Below are positions 45,451-58,708 of a stretch of 64,000 bases of DNA, in pieces; the stretch's first letter is position 1, and every line of letters begins with the position of its first letter. The notes under the pieces are model-generated. The model had not been told where the DNA came from. It did not search any database and saw only the letters and a list, made by a program, of their open reading frames with translations. This stretch comes from Minutocellus sp. GHC0000111 (lineage: Eukaryota): contig OZ361256.1 of assembly GCA_977018835.1 (NCBI GenBank), positions 186,001-250,000 of the forward strand, in the 5' to 3' direction. Made by a program: the position numbers and the translations under genes.

Positions 45451-47468
45451 ATGTCAGGATCGAATCAAAACCTTGGCAGTCCGCAGCCGTATCTGGGCAC
45501 CGACATGGGCAGCCCAAATCTTGCCGCTGGACATCACAATTCGCACCAGCATCACAATCAGGAGCAACAAGAAGTCGCGGTGCAGATGTACGCCCACCAT
45601 GCAGCGGGAGGTGGGAATCTCCTCTACAATGATGCATACGGCGATGCGATTCATCCGCAAGACCCGCCTCCAGCTGGAACCGCCGGCGGAGTTCCTGGCA
45701 TCATCAGTATGCACCCGACGCATCATCATCACCACGGACACCATCATGGTCATCATCACGGTAAGTCAAGCTGTTGATGTTCTCACTGATTTCTTTGTAC
45801 GTAAGGTTGCTGTTATTGTTTCTAATGCAGATGCAATCTTTTCATTTGCTGCAATATATCTATGGTACAGGGCACCACCACGGGCACCACGGTCATCATC
45901 AACACCACCAGCATCAGGCGCATCAGCACCACGAACAAAATGCAGAAGCCCCTGCGTATGATTATGTATATCAAAGCCCAGGGGAAGTAGGAGGAGCAAC
46001 AGAATTTATGGCACAGCATTCGCCAGCAGCAGCTGTTGCAGTAGCGCCCGGGGCTGCGGCTGTTCCAGGTGCGGTCGCTGCCGCTGCTACAGGCCTATCA
46101 TTCAACACGGGTCAGAACCCTCACATCCCCCCGGTCATGCCACTGGATACGTTTGTTACTCATGCGCCGATTACCACGCCAATCGCAATGCCTCATCCCG
46201 ACGAAGGCAAGAAACGGAAACGATTCACCAATGAAGAGAAGGAGGCCGTCAAAAAGGGTGTTGAACAGTATGGTCCCGGTGATTGGAAGTCCATCAAGAA
46301 TCATTATGTTGGCATTCTTCACCATCGGACCCCGGTTCAAATCAAGGACTGCTTCCGAACGATGGTAAAGCGGGGCGAAGTTCCAGAGAATTGGGGGCAA
46401 GAGGCCAAGGAAGCTCGAAAGGCCGCTAGGAAGGCCGGAAAGCTATTTGGATTTTACAATCCCCCTCCGGAATCCGCCGCCGGCAAGACGGATAATGATA
46501 CCAATCCGACCACGGCAGGAGCATCACATTCTTCGTTGGGAAAGACCCCAAAGAGGCGCAAATTTTCGAAGGAAGAGAAGCAAGCTCTGATGGACGGCAT
46601 CGAGAAACTGGGCGTAGGAAATTGGAAAATGATAAAGGAGGAGTACTCAGACATCTTTGTCGACCGCACCGGTCTTCAGCTAAAGGACCTGTATCGAACC
46701 ATGGTCCGTCTTGGTCAAATGCCCAAAATCGAAGAGTCCGAAGAATCCAAAGCAGAGAGGAAGAAAAGATGTGCCCAGGCAGCTCGAGATGCCAAGGCGA
46801 AGAAGAAGACAATGCTGGATAAACATTTCACTACCAACGCCCGTTCGGCCGAAGCCGCCGCCAAGGCTAGGAAGCAGAAGGCCGAATGTGCTGCTGAAGC
46901 CCAGGCTGTCGAGCATAATAATACGGCGCAAGCATATGCCCAGCAGATGTGGATGAATCCTCACCAACAGCCTCCTGTTCATCCTGCTGGCTATCCTCAA
47001 CAGCATCAGAATTGTGCCTACGGAGGATACTACAACTTCGACCAGGGCGCCTACAATCCTGCCGCGTATGCTGGATACCAAGCCGCCCAACAGCCTCAGC
47101 AGCCGCAGCAAGAACAAAATGCTCAGCAGGAAGTTGAGGCAAGCTACTACCACTGGACTGTGCTCTGGCCGAAACTTGCTGAGCGTGGATGGACCAAGCT
47201 TCGGGCCAATTCTCAGCAAAGAAACGATCTTCAAGTGGAGTACATTTTTGTTTTGCCCGGGCACAACCCTCGTCATGGAGTCCACGGTACCGACTTTTTT
47301 GCCTCGGAAGATGAAGTGGTGGATTATGTCAAGCGAGAACATGATAAGCAGCGTGCCGAGAATGAGCGCGCCGAAAACGAAACCGCTGTTTCAGGTACCG
47401 ACGCCCTCGCGGAGGCAGACGAAGATCCCGTTGAGGGAACAGGCGTTGAGGAATCACTTGAGATATAA
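45451..47468 (+). CDS. Double TRF-like Myb protein, copy B, intact (intron 45761-45870)
   Basis: Continuous frame through both Myb repeats. Confidence 0.88.
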
Positions 47469-47541
47469 TAGTGCCGTTGCCAGCAATAGCTATCTAACCT
47501 GTTGATAAATACGTAGACAAATGTTTTATATCAAGGCTGAA

Positions 47542-47744
47542 TCATTTATGAAGCTGCATGTACAAATCCTCGTACTCTGGTGGTATGTCTGACCTTAGCA
47601 TCATGCGCACTCGTCGGTCATTTCGCGAAGCCTTTTCCGCCTCTTGCTTCTTTCTCTTCTTGCGTTCCGCTTTCGTTTCACCGCTCGGACCAGCTTCAGC
47701 TTGAGGAGTATGATTCCGACCCGCCGCTGCCTCGATGTCATGGT
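47542..47744 (-). CDS. G-patch gene 3' end, copy B (truncated by the gap)
   Basis: Identical to 16758-16960. Confidence 0.85.
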
Positions 47745-47944
47745 NNNNNNNNNNNNNNNNNNNNNNNNNNNNNNNNNNNNNNNNNNNNNNNNNNNNNNNN
47801 NNNNNNNNNNNNNNNNNNNNNNNNNNNNNNNNNNNNNNNNNNNNNNNNNNNNNNNNNNNNNNNNNNNNNNNNNNNNNNNNNNNNNNNNNNNNNNNNNNNN
47901 NNNNNNNNNNNNNNNNNNNNNNNNNNNNNNNNNNNNNNNNNNNN
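47745..47944. other. Scaffold gap, 200 N
   Basis: N run. Confidence 1.
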
Positions 47945-49533
47945 AGTTGCCAACGTTGGAGGAGGACATGATTACCGACCCACCGAGGCACTATGCCTTC
48001 ACCAACCAAGCCACCTACCGCGTTCCCGAGGGTTGGACGAAGATTGTTCTCGATGAGTCAATATCGCAGCAATATACGAGGCAGATTACCAAAAGCCGAT
48101 GGCCCAAGTTCATGGGCTGGCAACATCCAACCCTGAGGCATTGTCAGGTGATATTTTATGGCGATGCCTATCTACTCAATCAAATTAATGAGACCAATTG
48201 GATGGAAATGGCCAAGGAAATCAAACAAAATCCGGTGGGCCTTATGCAGGACAAGCAAGAAGGGTTGAGGGGGGACAACAGGCCCATCGAGGAGTTGGTC
48301 AAGGTTGCCAAGGAGGGAAAATTATCATATGAGCTGGCCAATAAGACAATTCAATGGTTGGAGAATCAATCTGATTACCGAAGCGATGCATCGGTGTACA
48401 AGAATGCGATCTTTGGGTATGATCCTAGCAATTCCAAAGTTCGGAAATTAATGACGGATTTCTGGGAAATCTACGCCGGTGAGGAGTTAAGTTGGAGAGA
48501 TCAGCCGATATGGGCCTACTTGTTGGCAAGAGAAGAAATGAGACCATTGGAGTTGCATCGCAAAAATGGAAAGCTCTTTGGTGAATTTGGAGAACGAGGT
48601 CATGGCGGACACGTCTATGTGCCCGAGCAAAAGGCAGAGGCCGAAGCCGAAAAGCGGCGAATAGAAGAAGAGAGGCTAGAGAGGCAACGCGAGGACGAGT
48701 TCGTGGTTGTTCCGCCGCACGATCCTTCCGTCATCAAATACGAAGCTTGTTTTGTTACGTCGGTGTTTGCCAATAGCACGGACCAGGCCGATCGAGTGGG
48801 TGATGTTAGTCATCTTCGTGAGGCCAATCCAAATTTTCAGTACTTTGGATTCACTAACTTACATGACCTAGAGATGCCGGGATGGGAGAAGATTGTGCAA
48901 GATAATTTGCCATACCAGCGATTTATCACCCAGTCCCGATTTGCCAAGTTTGTGTCCTGGAAGGTGGACGAGGTTCGAGAAAATTGTGGGGTGGTCTTCT
49001 ACTCTGACGGTCATCTAATACCCAAATCATCGGCTAATGCGACACATCTATTTCGAGTAGAGGCGATGAGAATACGGGAGTCAAAGTACGGCTTGGCACA
49101 ATGGAAACACCAAACTCTGACTACTTACAAAAAGCTCACATCCAGCATTGTGATGTATCGCAAAGATACGAAAGAGAATGTTCAAAGGACAATACGACAA
49201 TTGGCTTCATTTGACGATTTCGAAGAAAGCTCGACAATAATATACTGGAATCAATGCCTGGGATACGACCCCAACAATCCCTACTATGTTGGCCTTTCGC
49301 AGAGATTTTGGGACATGTATGCAAAAGAATATGGTACTTATCGAGATCAGCTTCTGTGGAGCTATGTCATTGCATCCGAGAGCATCAAACCAAGAAAGCT
49401 CAAAGCTCGGCGGTGGTTGTATGACAATGATGATAGGGCCATGGGCTTTGGAGGACATATTTATGTCGAACGCAAGAGCAAGGGGGGCAAGAAGAAAAAG
49501 GAGAAAGACGACGCCTCTATTGCAAAGCAATAA
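47945..49533 (+). CDS. Tandem DUF616-like glycosyltransferase, copy C (5' end lost in the gap)
   Basis: Matches 3895-5483 with a few missense changes. Confidence 0.65.
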
Positions 49534-49545
49534 GTAAATGACCCA

Positions 49546-52026
49546 TTAATGTAAATATTCACTTCTCTCTTCTATGGCCATCTCTGCTAATGTCACATAG
49601 CCGGCCGCCTTCTTCAAAGCAGATGATTCCATATCAGCGCATCCGATGTCTACGACATGGTTCCAGCAGCTGACCAGACGGTCCAGAGATTGGATTGCCA
49701 CATGCCTCGTCAATTCATCAGCATGGCCTTGGATAATTTTGGGAAAACTTTCTATTCCTTCAAGCAAAATAAAAATAAACTGCGCAAGCATGTCGAGTAG
49801 ATGCGTCTGCTGCCTGGACATTTCAGTCAGTCCAAATGGCATCGATTTCATGTGAAACGACACAATGCCATCTAACACTAGAGCGCACAGATCCAAAGAT
49901 GCGAGGAGAGAGGTAATCTTTTCATAATTCATGTCACCTTTCGAGTCCATCGCCTGCTCAGTAGAGCCGGCCAAGCGCCGCAATGTATCGGCAATGAAAT
50001 CCGACAGCATGCTGTCTGAAAAGAGGGGATCTTCAATCGCTTTTGTCCTCGAGCCCATAAAGTGTGAATCGTCGGCGACAAATGGCGACAAAAGTGCAGC
50101 TAAGCCAGGTAGAAGCGGCGCCACAAGGTCATCTTCCTGATGAAGACGATGCCCAAATATTTTCGTTTCATCCCTGCGCATGTCTTCGCAGCTGGTCAAC
50201 TGTAGGCTGGCATTCATAGCTGATAGGATGGTTCCTGGGGCGGGCGCATTCTCTGCCAAACCGGAGCTCCCATCTTCAAAGATATCAGTCTCACTGACAT
50301 AGGCAAACAGAAAAGTTGAACACAGATGACCTATCATCCGCAAAGCATACACCGTTCCCTCTACAGGGCCAGGGCAAAAGTCCCAAATGCAGCTAAAATT
50401 GCCATTGAAGGTTTTCCTTTCGTGCGGCTTCTCATTCAGGTACTGGATAGACGAATCCAAAGCATCAAGGATCGAGTGGCGGACATGCAGGATGGCAAAG
50501 GGCCCAAAGTCTGTCGGAAGGGGTGCATCCTCGTCTTCCAGAGCTTCGGAGAGGTCCACCATGAGACTCAAAGCTGCCCGACAAATCGATAGACAGTGCT
50601 TCACAATGTCCATGTAGACCATGCTCATCTGAGGGTCTCCTTTTGTTTCATTGTTATCGTCGTCAGCGCCCAAAATCTACCCCAAGGCTATGCGCAACTC
50701 ACCAGCAGCGAGACGAATGAGAGTACAACAGCCAGCGGCGGCTCCCAGGTCGCTATTCGTTGGTGTCTCACCTGCCATTGTGACATTTGCCATCCAACGC
50801 AGTCCAAACGTATCGGAAAGGGCTGCTATCGCTGCATAAATTTGACGACGTATCGCCAGCTGGTTGTCAGGCCGAGCGAGAGATGAAAGTAGCAGCTTTA
50901 GGATGGCAGGGGCAATCTTCTTGTTGATTCCGCCGGTGCTACCGTCGGCATTATCGACTAGACCAAAGGCGTTTAAAGCAATGGCTCGAAGTGCCACAGG
51001 TAAGAAGACAGTGCAATTGCCCGAAGAAGGTGCAGCCGCCTCGATAAGGCCAAGCAAAAGTTCCTCCGAAACGCCTTGCTTGCACTCGTCTCGATCAATC
51101 AATGAGTTGATATAGTGGGCTAGAAATCGGACGAACTGACCCACTTGTTCGTCCTCATTATCACCATCCGCAGCAGGTATTTCACCAAGAGCCGACTGGA
51201 TGACTTGGACCATCATCTCATCCGGGTTCGTATCTTCTGGCTGCGATGTCCTATTTTGGTCGGTGTTGTCGTCTACCTCCATCTTAGCACCATGCTGTCC
51301 ACTTGGTAGCTCATTGCTCTTGCTTGCTGATCGATATTGGCTCATACAGACTTCCGCAACGCAAATTCTATTGTTGGCGTTCAAACCAACTACCCGCTTT
51401 TGATCCATGAGAGTCAGTATAGCGGCAATTTCGACGTCGACCTCCTGTATCGCATGGTTTCCATTGGATCGACCCTTCAATACCTCCAGGAGCAGCTCCT
51501 TGCAAGTAGAATGGAAAGTATTCGCAGGTCCTCCTCCAGCTTTGGTCGATACCGTAGCCGATGCTTGTGTTTCTTCTGGCATTTCGGCATAGAGGAGGGA
51601 CAGCGATCGTACCGCCAGACGGAGCAGGGCCAGGCTGACGCCTGGGCCAGGAGCAGCAGCTTTCACCTCATCATCAGGAGCATCTGCGTCAGCCCCTCCC
51701 TGAACATACTGGCGGATCAAGGCCAGTGCGAACCAACCCAGTGCTGGACCATCGCTGGTGGTATTGGCGTCACATTGTGATAGCAGTAATCGACGTCGAT
51801 CCTCGGCCGATTCCAGCTTGGTGCAGAGGAGCAGGGCCGACAATAGTCGCTCTTCGACGGTTGTATTGTCGCCACCAGCATCATGACCAGCAGCCACGTC
51901 AGTATCTCTGCCTGGGGTGTCCTTGGCTGGTATGGTTGAGCAAGCAAGCAGATGCTCGATGGCTCGGAGCAGGCAGGCATCGCCTTCACCTTTGTCTTGA
52001 GATGCCGTTGGTATTTCGACTTCCAT
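49546..52026 (-). pseudogene. Neurochondrin-like, copy C, TGG>TAG nonsense at 50679-50677
   Basis: CAAAATCTAC here versus CAAAATCCAC in copy A. Confidence 0.7.
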
Positions 52027-52445
52027 CTCTTATTATTCTTACTCGGGCACGCGTCCTCGTAATGGACTGACTTGGCGCGTGATCAGCCGGTTTGACTGGT
52101 GAAGCTCACTCTCGAAGCTTGCAAGGAAACTTGGGCCAATTCCTACTACAGTACTGCGTGGACTCGTACTGCCCCCAATAATGTGCGTGGTGAATGGGAT
52201 GCCTCTTGCGGTTGAAGGTTGGCGTTTTGGGCTCGTATCTTGAAAACCAACACAAGACATGCCGCGGCGGCCCTCGAAAATGAGACGAGGTAATTTACGA
52301 CGGCCAGACCGAACCGAAATCGTCGAATTAATTGCATGTGAATTTGCTTCCAGCCCAAGCCTGAGAGAGGTACCGGCAATGCATTAATATCTCGCAGGCC
52401 GAGGAAAAGCAATCATCACAAGATAATTATTGTATTGATTAGATT

Positions 52446-53642
52446 ATGAGCCAAGAAATTGCCGCTAGTGCTAGCGCTGGGGGGAGCGGCGCGAGTGGCA
52501 CCGGCTCAAGCGCCGCCGCCGCTCCCATCGTCGTCGTCGACCGGACGCTCCATCCCCTCCTGACGACCCAACAACAAACCGCCGCACCCTCCTCCATCAC
52601 CTCTACCCCCTCCTCTTCTTCCCCAACCTCCGTCTCCCCCACAACCGAACGTCTGCACCGGCTCCACGGCGCCTCCCTCCTCCAATCGGCCTGCACCCTC
52701 CTCGGCCTCAGTCCGTCGTGCACCGCCACTTCCTGCACCATCTTCCACCGGCTGTACCATCGCCTCTCGTTGCGGGAGATGGACGTGTGGAGTGCCACAA
52801 TGGGATGTGTGCTGTTGGCGTCCAAGGTGGAGGAATGTCCCCGCCGGTTGCGGGAGGTTGTCACCGTGTTTGTGCATCTGTACCGACGGCGAAGGTTGGA
52901 GGTTGGGTGGGATCATGGTGGTGATACAGGCGACGACAACGGCAATACTAACGACGAAAGCAAGAGCAAACGGCGGAGGCTGACAGATGAAGAGAAGCTC
53001 AACCTGCTGCGATACCAGCATCCGTTGATGCCCCACTCCCGACTGTACAAAGAGTGGTCCGAGGCCCTCACCAAGGCCGAGACGGAGATATTGCGCCAAC
53101 TGGGCTTCACGCTGTATTGGATTCCGGACCATCATCCTCACAAGTTCATCCTGTATTTTGTACGAGTTTTGGGGCTGGACACTCATAGTGGCGGTGCCGA
53201 GAGTGGTGATGGCGCAGCCGAGAACAACGCCTACGGGGATGCAAATGACATCAGCGTGGCACAACGGGCGTGGAATTACTGCAACGATGCCTCGTTGCTG
53301 GATCTATCCGTGAGGTACGAGCCGGAGATTGTGGCCTGTGCCGCCATATTGCTGGCTACAACCAACGCACCCGAGGGTGAGGCCCAGCACGCGCTGCCCA
53401 TGGCACCCCGGCCGTGGTGGGAGGTGTTTGTCGGGCCTGGTAGAGGCGACGATTTGGTGGCAGTTTGCAACGCCATACTGGCCTTGAGTGAAATTGGTGA
53501 TGGAGGAGATTCGTCCGTGGAGAGCAATTGGGGGCAAATGCTGCAGGCCATGAGGGGATTTGTACCAAGTCTGGTGGAAGGAGGCTCGTTCAATGATCAC
53601 GGCAGCTTTGTTTGGGATGCCTTGGAAGATTCGGTAGCATGA
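52446..53642 (+). CDS. Cyclin L-like, copy C
   Basis: 398 aa, two substitutions versus copy A. Confidence 0.9.
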   Translation: MSQEIAASASAGGSGASGTGSSAAAAPIVVVDRTLHPLLTTQQQTAAPSSITSTPSSSSPTSVSPTTERLHRLHGASLLQSACTLLGLSPSCTATSCTIFHRLYHRLSLREMDVWSATMGCVLLASKVEECPRRLREVVTVFVHLYRRRRLEVGWDHGGDTGDDNGNTNDESKSKRRRLTDEEKLNLLRYQHPLMPHSRLYKEWSEALTKAETEILRQLGFTLYWIPDHHPHKFILYFVRVLGLDTHSGGAESGDGAAENNAYGDANDISVAQRAWNYCNDASLLDLSVRYEPEIVACAAILLATTNAPEGEAQHALPMAPRPWWEVFVGPGRGDDLVAVCNAILALSEIGDGGDSSVESNWGQMLQAMRGFVPSLVEGGSFNDHGSFVWDALEDSVA

Positions 53643-53734
53643 TACGACAAATGGGACGTCTACCAGTACAGTTTGCGGGAAAACATACACTGGAAATTGA
53701 AGTTGGTTATACGATCGTATTCATTTATTTCTTT

Positions 53735-55410
53735 TTAAAACATGGAGGCTCTCCTCTTTGGGCGACGGTTGTTGTTACTGTCACTGCGTCCCGGCTCTCG
53801 GAAGCTATTGCTTCTCCATCCGCCATCCGCCTTGCATACCAGGGTGGCACCGACAATGGAATCGTCCTCCTCTTCTTCGTCATCACTGTAGGGTGGAATC
53901 TGTTGTTCGTCCATGAGATAGTCACCCTGGAGAGGGAAGGGAGCCCTGATTGTTGGGCCAGTTGGTTCTGAATGGCGATAGGGAGGATGATGGTGGGCGT
54001 GTGAATTCCTTGAATGATGCTGGATGTATTCCTCGCGCGGATTCTGTCGATTGGACAGGCGCTCATCAGCATACTTAGAATATGGGTCGCTGTCATGGCC
54101 ACGGCGAGTAGGATCACCCCCAGTGGAGTTTCTTCTCTGCCTGGTATTCACTGGAGGCATCCGATGATGCTGGGGATCAGCACCGCCAATGGAATATCGC
54201 TCGGCCAGAGATCTTTCGGGAGGAGGAGGTGCTTGCAGCATGCGGCGAGGAAGGTCTCGAACTCCAGCAGCAAGAAGGGAGAAACGACGACGTGCCGTAG
54301 TGGCGGCAATGTTGGATGCAGCGGCTGCGGCTGCTGGGTGAACGTCGTCATCGTTATTAAAAGTATTGCTTGCTGGAGTAGGAACGACGACGGGAAACGG
54401 TGTCAGGGGTCCTTCCTGAGCCTCGTGGAAGAATGTGCTCGAGGCAGCAGTCGATCTTGTAGTGCCAGAGTCAGTACGATTGGTAGTAGGCCTAGCATTT
54501 GCGTTTGTCGATTTAGATGTAGACGCGGCTTCTTCTTTGGCCTTGGCCTTCATAATGATCTCGCAGCATTCTCGTAGCTGATGATTCTCCAGTTCCAGTC
54601 GACGGTTTTTATCAGCCAGGGCGGCATTCTTGTCGGACAGATCCCGAATGGCACGGCCATGATGACGAGAGGCGTCCATCTCGAAGTGCTTCATTCGCTC
54701 GTTGCAGCTGTGCAAAAATTGGATTGTTCGGTCTTGCTTTGCTGCTTGAGACTTGAATCTGGAGATGGCGGAACGGGCATCTGTGAGTTCTCGCTGGAGG
54801 TTGGCGATATTGGCTGCCATGGCATCGGTGTTGGTAGAACCGGTAGACTTTTTCTTCCCTTTGACGCTGGTATTGGGCCTTTCTTTTGACATTTTGCCAT
54901 GGGACATTGTTTTGGGCGAAGAAGTATTGTTGTGACGAACCGCGCCCTCTCCGGACCTACTTGTGCTACAAGTGCTGTTACTGCTGGTGCTGCTGGATGA
55001 CCTTGTTGTATGGGTGTTGGCTTGGCCGGTGCTCTTCTTTTGGACACAGTCGAAGCCGCCGTTGGCATCTTGAACTTTCATAGCTGGCGAAGATTCAACG
55101 GTATTGACCTCGGATGAATCGGTATCGGCATCAGATTCTGAATCGGATTGAGAATCCGATTCGTCCTCGTCATCTACTAGACTAGTACAATGTCGGCAGG
55201 CGATTTGTAGTCATAAATGTAGGCAGAATCCTCGCCATCGTCATGGTCGTTGCGAGAGGATGAGCGAGTTGATACGGGTGGACTTGGTGGTGCTATAGTT
55301 TCCGATTGAACCACTGACTCAGCGGGATTCGGCCAGGACGATGGCTTGGTCAGGCTGTTTCGTCGGCTCTGTTGACGACGAATTTTGCGACGGTGGACGA
55401 CGGGCGCCAT
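53735..55410 (-). CDS. Coiled-coil protein, copy C; same 5-bp duplication, and AAA>TAA shortens the C-terminus by 25 aa
   Basis: 448 aa versus 473 aa ORF. Confidence 0.55.
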
Positions 55411-55959
55411 GGCTGATAGCGATAGCTAACGATGATGAGATAATAACGGTGATGTCGATGTGATCTGATGCAATGTAGTGCGATGTCTTCAAGCAAATAT
55501 CACAGGCACGCAAACGAAATGTTGAATCAGGCGATGGTGTTTTATTGTGTTATGAAAAATGCGTGCAGTGTGGATCGACCTCTCTCAGTCTGAAAGGGAT
55601 CTCGGTCCGAATGGGAACATCGACGCACCAAGGGGATATCCAGACTAATTTGTCCCTTCTTTCTATTTGTGCTGTGTCTTGCTGTATCAGGGCTTGCACC
55701 TTTTCACGGACGGATGGCCAGACGCTTTATTTGAATGCATGAATACAGGCTCTTTGTACTCTTATTGTGCCACGCATTTTCTTGGCATTTTTGGTGTCAC
55801 CGCCTGACCAACGAAAACGATGTCAAATGCAAGTCAAAGCAGTTGCTCGAGGGCTCATGCCGAGAACACAAAGTGCCGATCAACGGCAGAACATTTCATA
55901 TTGCCGATTCAAGAGTCGGCCATAAATTTGCAGCTTTCCCAAAGCACAAAACCAAGATC

Positions 55960-58196
55960 ATGACCCGTCGGCGGCGTCAACAACCTTCGTCGTCCCATCT
56001 GCTGCCAAGGACGGCAGCATTCTCACTACTTTCATCGGCAGCATTGTGCTGCCTCCTGCTAGAACCATTCGGACGACGAAGAACAACTGTCCACGCCTGG
56101 GTCATTCCCAAGTCTTTCGAGAATGTACTCCTTCCCAGTTCAACTCGAACTACCGGTGGTCAGCAAGAGGGTCTGCTATCGCCACCTTTGCACATATCGA
56201 CGTCCGAGTCACTCATCATTGGCACAACTACTTCCGGCAGAGAAGGCGAAAATTCCGCCGCCAATCAAGAAGTTTCCACCGCCGCACAAGCGGTGTCTTT
56301 ACCGCAAGACAAATTGCAGCAGATCGAAACTCCTCTCGACCAGTGGCTGCAGGATATCATGACAACGACGGCGGCTACATTCGCCGGTATCATGTCGACG
56401 GCTACCGCTGACGAAGGAAAAGACATTGGAGCTCAGACATCGGCCCAGATGCTGGACCAGCCGATACCGTCGGGTCAAAATCAAATTCCAGTCATCGATC
56501 GAATTGCCAAGGTAAGGAAGAGAAGCACATTCTAGTTTAAAAGGATCGTCGTCGTACACATCTCATAGGCGACATAACAATTCCTATCCCAATTTCTCGA
56601 ATAATATGTGAAATGCTCACTTTATATTCCATCCCTTTCCCAATTGACCTCTACCAACAGGCCATGCACGAGGAATCTTTGCCTTGGCTCATTGCCTCCA
56701 TCTTACCCCTCAGTGCGTCGGCAGCCCTTCAAGACATGTCGCCCATGTTTTACTCTGCATCCTTCGAGCTTGCCTTCCTCACCTACTGCTCAGCCAAAGT
56801 TCTGCTTCGTTTCAACAAGCCTACCACACCTCAGCCCATGCTGGCCTCTCGGCAGTGGGACTACGTTCGAGAATCGGTATGGTCGTCGCATCCCACTCTC
56901 GAGGCGCGCAGGACATTTTTAATGGGATGGTTCTACGATGCACCCTTTGACCAGCTCCGTCGAGAAGATGCCTTGTCGTTCCTTTCCTGGAAGCGTTATG
57001 GTCTGCCATTCGAGGGCAACTACCTCTCCAGCGACCAGATCGAGTCTCTAATCAACGAAGACCTGCCGAGACTATGCGACGAAGTCAACGAGGGCAAGCC
57101 TCTCCAATTTCGAGGCGTCGATGAAAAGCCTCTGGGATGTATGCGATTCAACCTTGAACCTCTACGGTACCGCCACAAACCACTTGTCTTTTACGGTGTG
57201 ACACATGCGGCCTTTCATTTGGTTCGTCACACGCTCAAGAAGGAGTACGGCTTTGATTATACTCCGGCAGCGGATGGCAGCAAGGACATAGCATACTGGT
57301 ATCGAGCACCGTCCTGTCCCATCGAGGAAGCCAACCCTCCTCTTGTATTCGTCCACGGGGTCGGTGGTCTCTCTTTTTATTACCCGCTCATATCTAAGCT
57401 CACCGAAGAGATCGAGAAGAGCGGCGACAATACGCCCATTACTTTGCTGGACCTGCCGCAAGTTAGCTTGCGAATCAACGACGATATTCCTAGCATTGAA
57501 TCATCCGTCGAGAGCGTGTGCGGCATACTCGATAAGACGGTTGGTAGTGATAAACAGGCTACCATGGTGGGACATTCTTTTGGTAGCCTCATCCTCAGTT
57601 GGATGGTCCAAAGCCGGCCCGATAGAGTCTCAAATTGCATATTTTTGGACCCCATCGTTTTCCAGCTGCACCAAAAGGATATACTGTTCAACTTTCACAT
57701 GAAGCGGGTAGACGAACGAAGCAGAAATGATTGGAGCAATCCCTTTTCGATTGGGGCATTGATCAATCTAGCCGGTACCGAGCTACACACCAACAACGCA
57801 ATGCTGAGACACTTTTGGTGGACTTCCAATGCACTCTGGCCGTCTGAGATTCAAAAGAATGACATTTCAGCTTGCGTTTTACTAAGCGAGAATGATGAGA
57901 TTGTTCCTTCCTCTGATGTTGCCGAATTATTTGCCACTTACAATCAGAACCAGAAGACCAACAACATCTTTGGATGGGACAATCTGATCGAAAATATATC
58001 CTCATTTGTTACCGATGAAGTCACTGAAACCAAGGGAACCAAATCCTTCGTCAAGGCCAAGCTTATAGAAAATGCTGGCCATGGCGATTTCGTTTTTGAT
58101 GAAGAGAAGCAACTCGGGGTCATCAAAACGGTGAGAGCGATGCTGAAGCTCAACGCAATCAAACATCAGCGAGAAAAGAAAGCTATGCAACCCTAA
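55960..58196 (+). CDS. Alpha/beta hydrolase, copy C, intact (intron 56512-56660)
   Basis: Uninterrupted second exon through GALINLAGTELH. Confidence 0.88.
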
Positions 58197-58708
58197 AAAA
58201 GATACGATAGAATAGATCAATGCTCATAAGCTAAGCTGTACATACTGGTAGATCTACATGTACGTGTAGAGTTGGGACCCCTTCTTCGAAAAAGGGAGCT
58301 CGGCGCCGGCTGGGGCTAAATCTGTCGCATGAACTCATAACCCCTTGGCTCGGCCGGCTCGCGAGAATTCAAGATGCCCCATTTCTGGAAGGGCTCCCAA
58401 CAGCGAACGGGCTGGAGCGACCGTCCTGCCTCTCCCGTATCTTCAGTGACATCTTGTGTCACCAACGCCAATACGTTGCCTCGCCAGGGATATTTCAACC
58501 TTTTGGTGCCGTCGGTATCCGTGTTTGGGCGCCGTGAAACGTATATCTTCAAACAGCACACCACGTGCCGGTTCTCGTTTTTTCCAACGCTTGTTTCTCA
58601 CCCCGGGCGTACCGTGTCAGTTCGTTCAATCACCGAGCCTCTTGGGTAGACGGGCCCAGGGAATACAACAGCAATCTATTCCTGAATTACTCTTGAAAGG
58701 TGTGCACT

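Larger units (their letters stand above)
42498..47744 (+). repeat. Copy B: near-identical direct duplicate of 11716-16960
   Basis: ORF offsets are 30782, then 30784 after the Myb indel; translations otherwise identical. Confidence 0.97.

Noticed and set aside
42498..47744. Copy B as a transposon or LTR element
   Set aside because: No transposase, RT, terminal repeats or target-site duplication; contains only host genes
47542..49533. ORFs spanning the N run (apparent fusions)
   Set aside because: Artefacts of translating through the gap
22672..53737. Alternative genetic code suggested by several in-frame TAA/TAG
   Set aside because: Intact genes here end normally in TAA and TAG, and two of the stops are sense codons in the other copy
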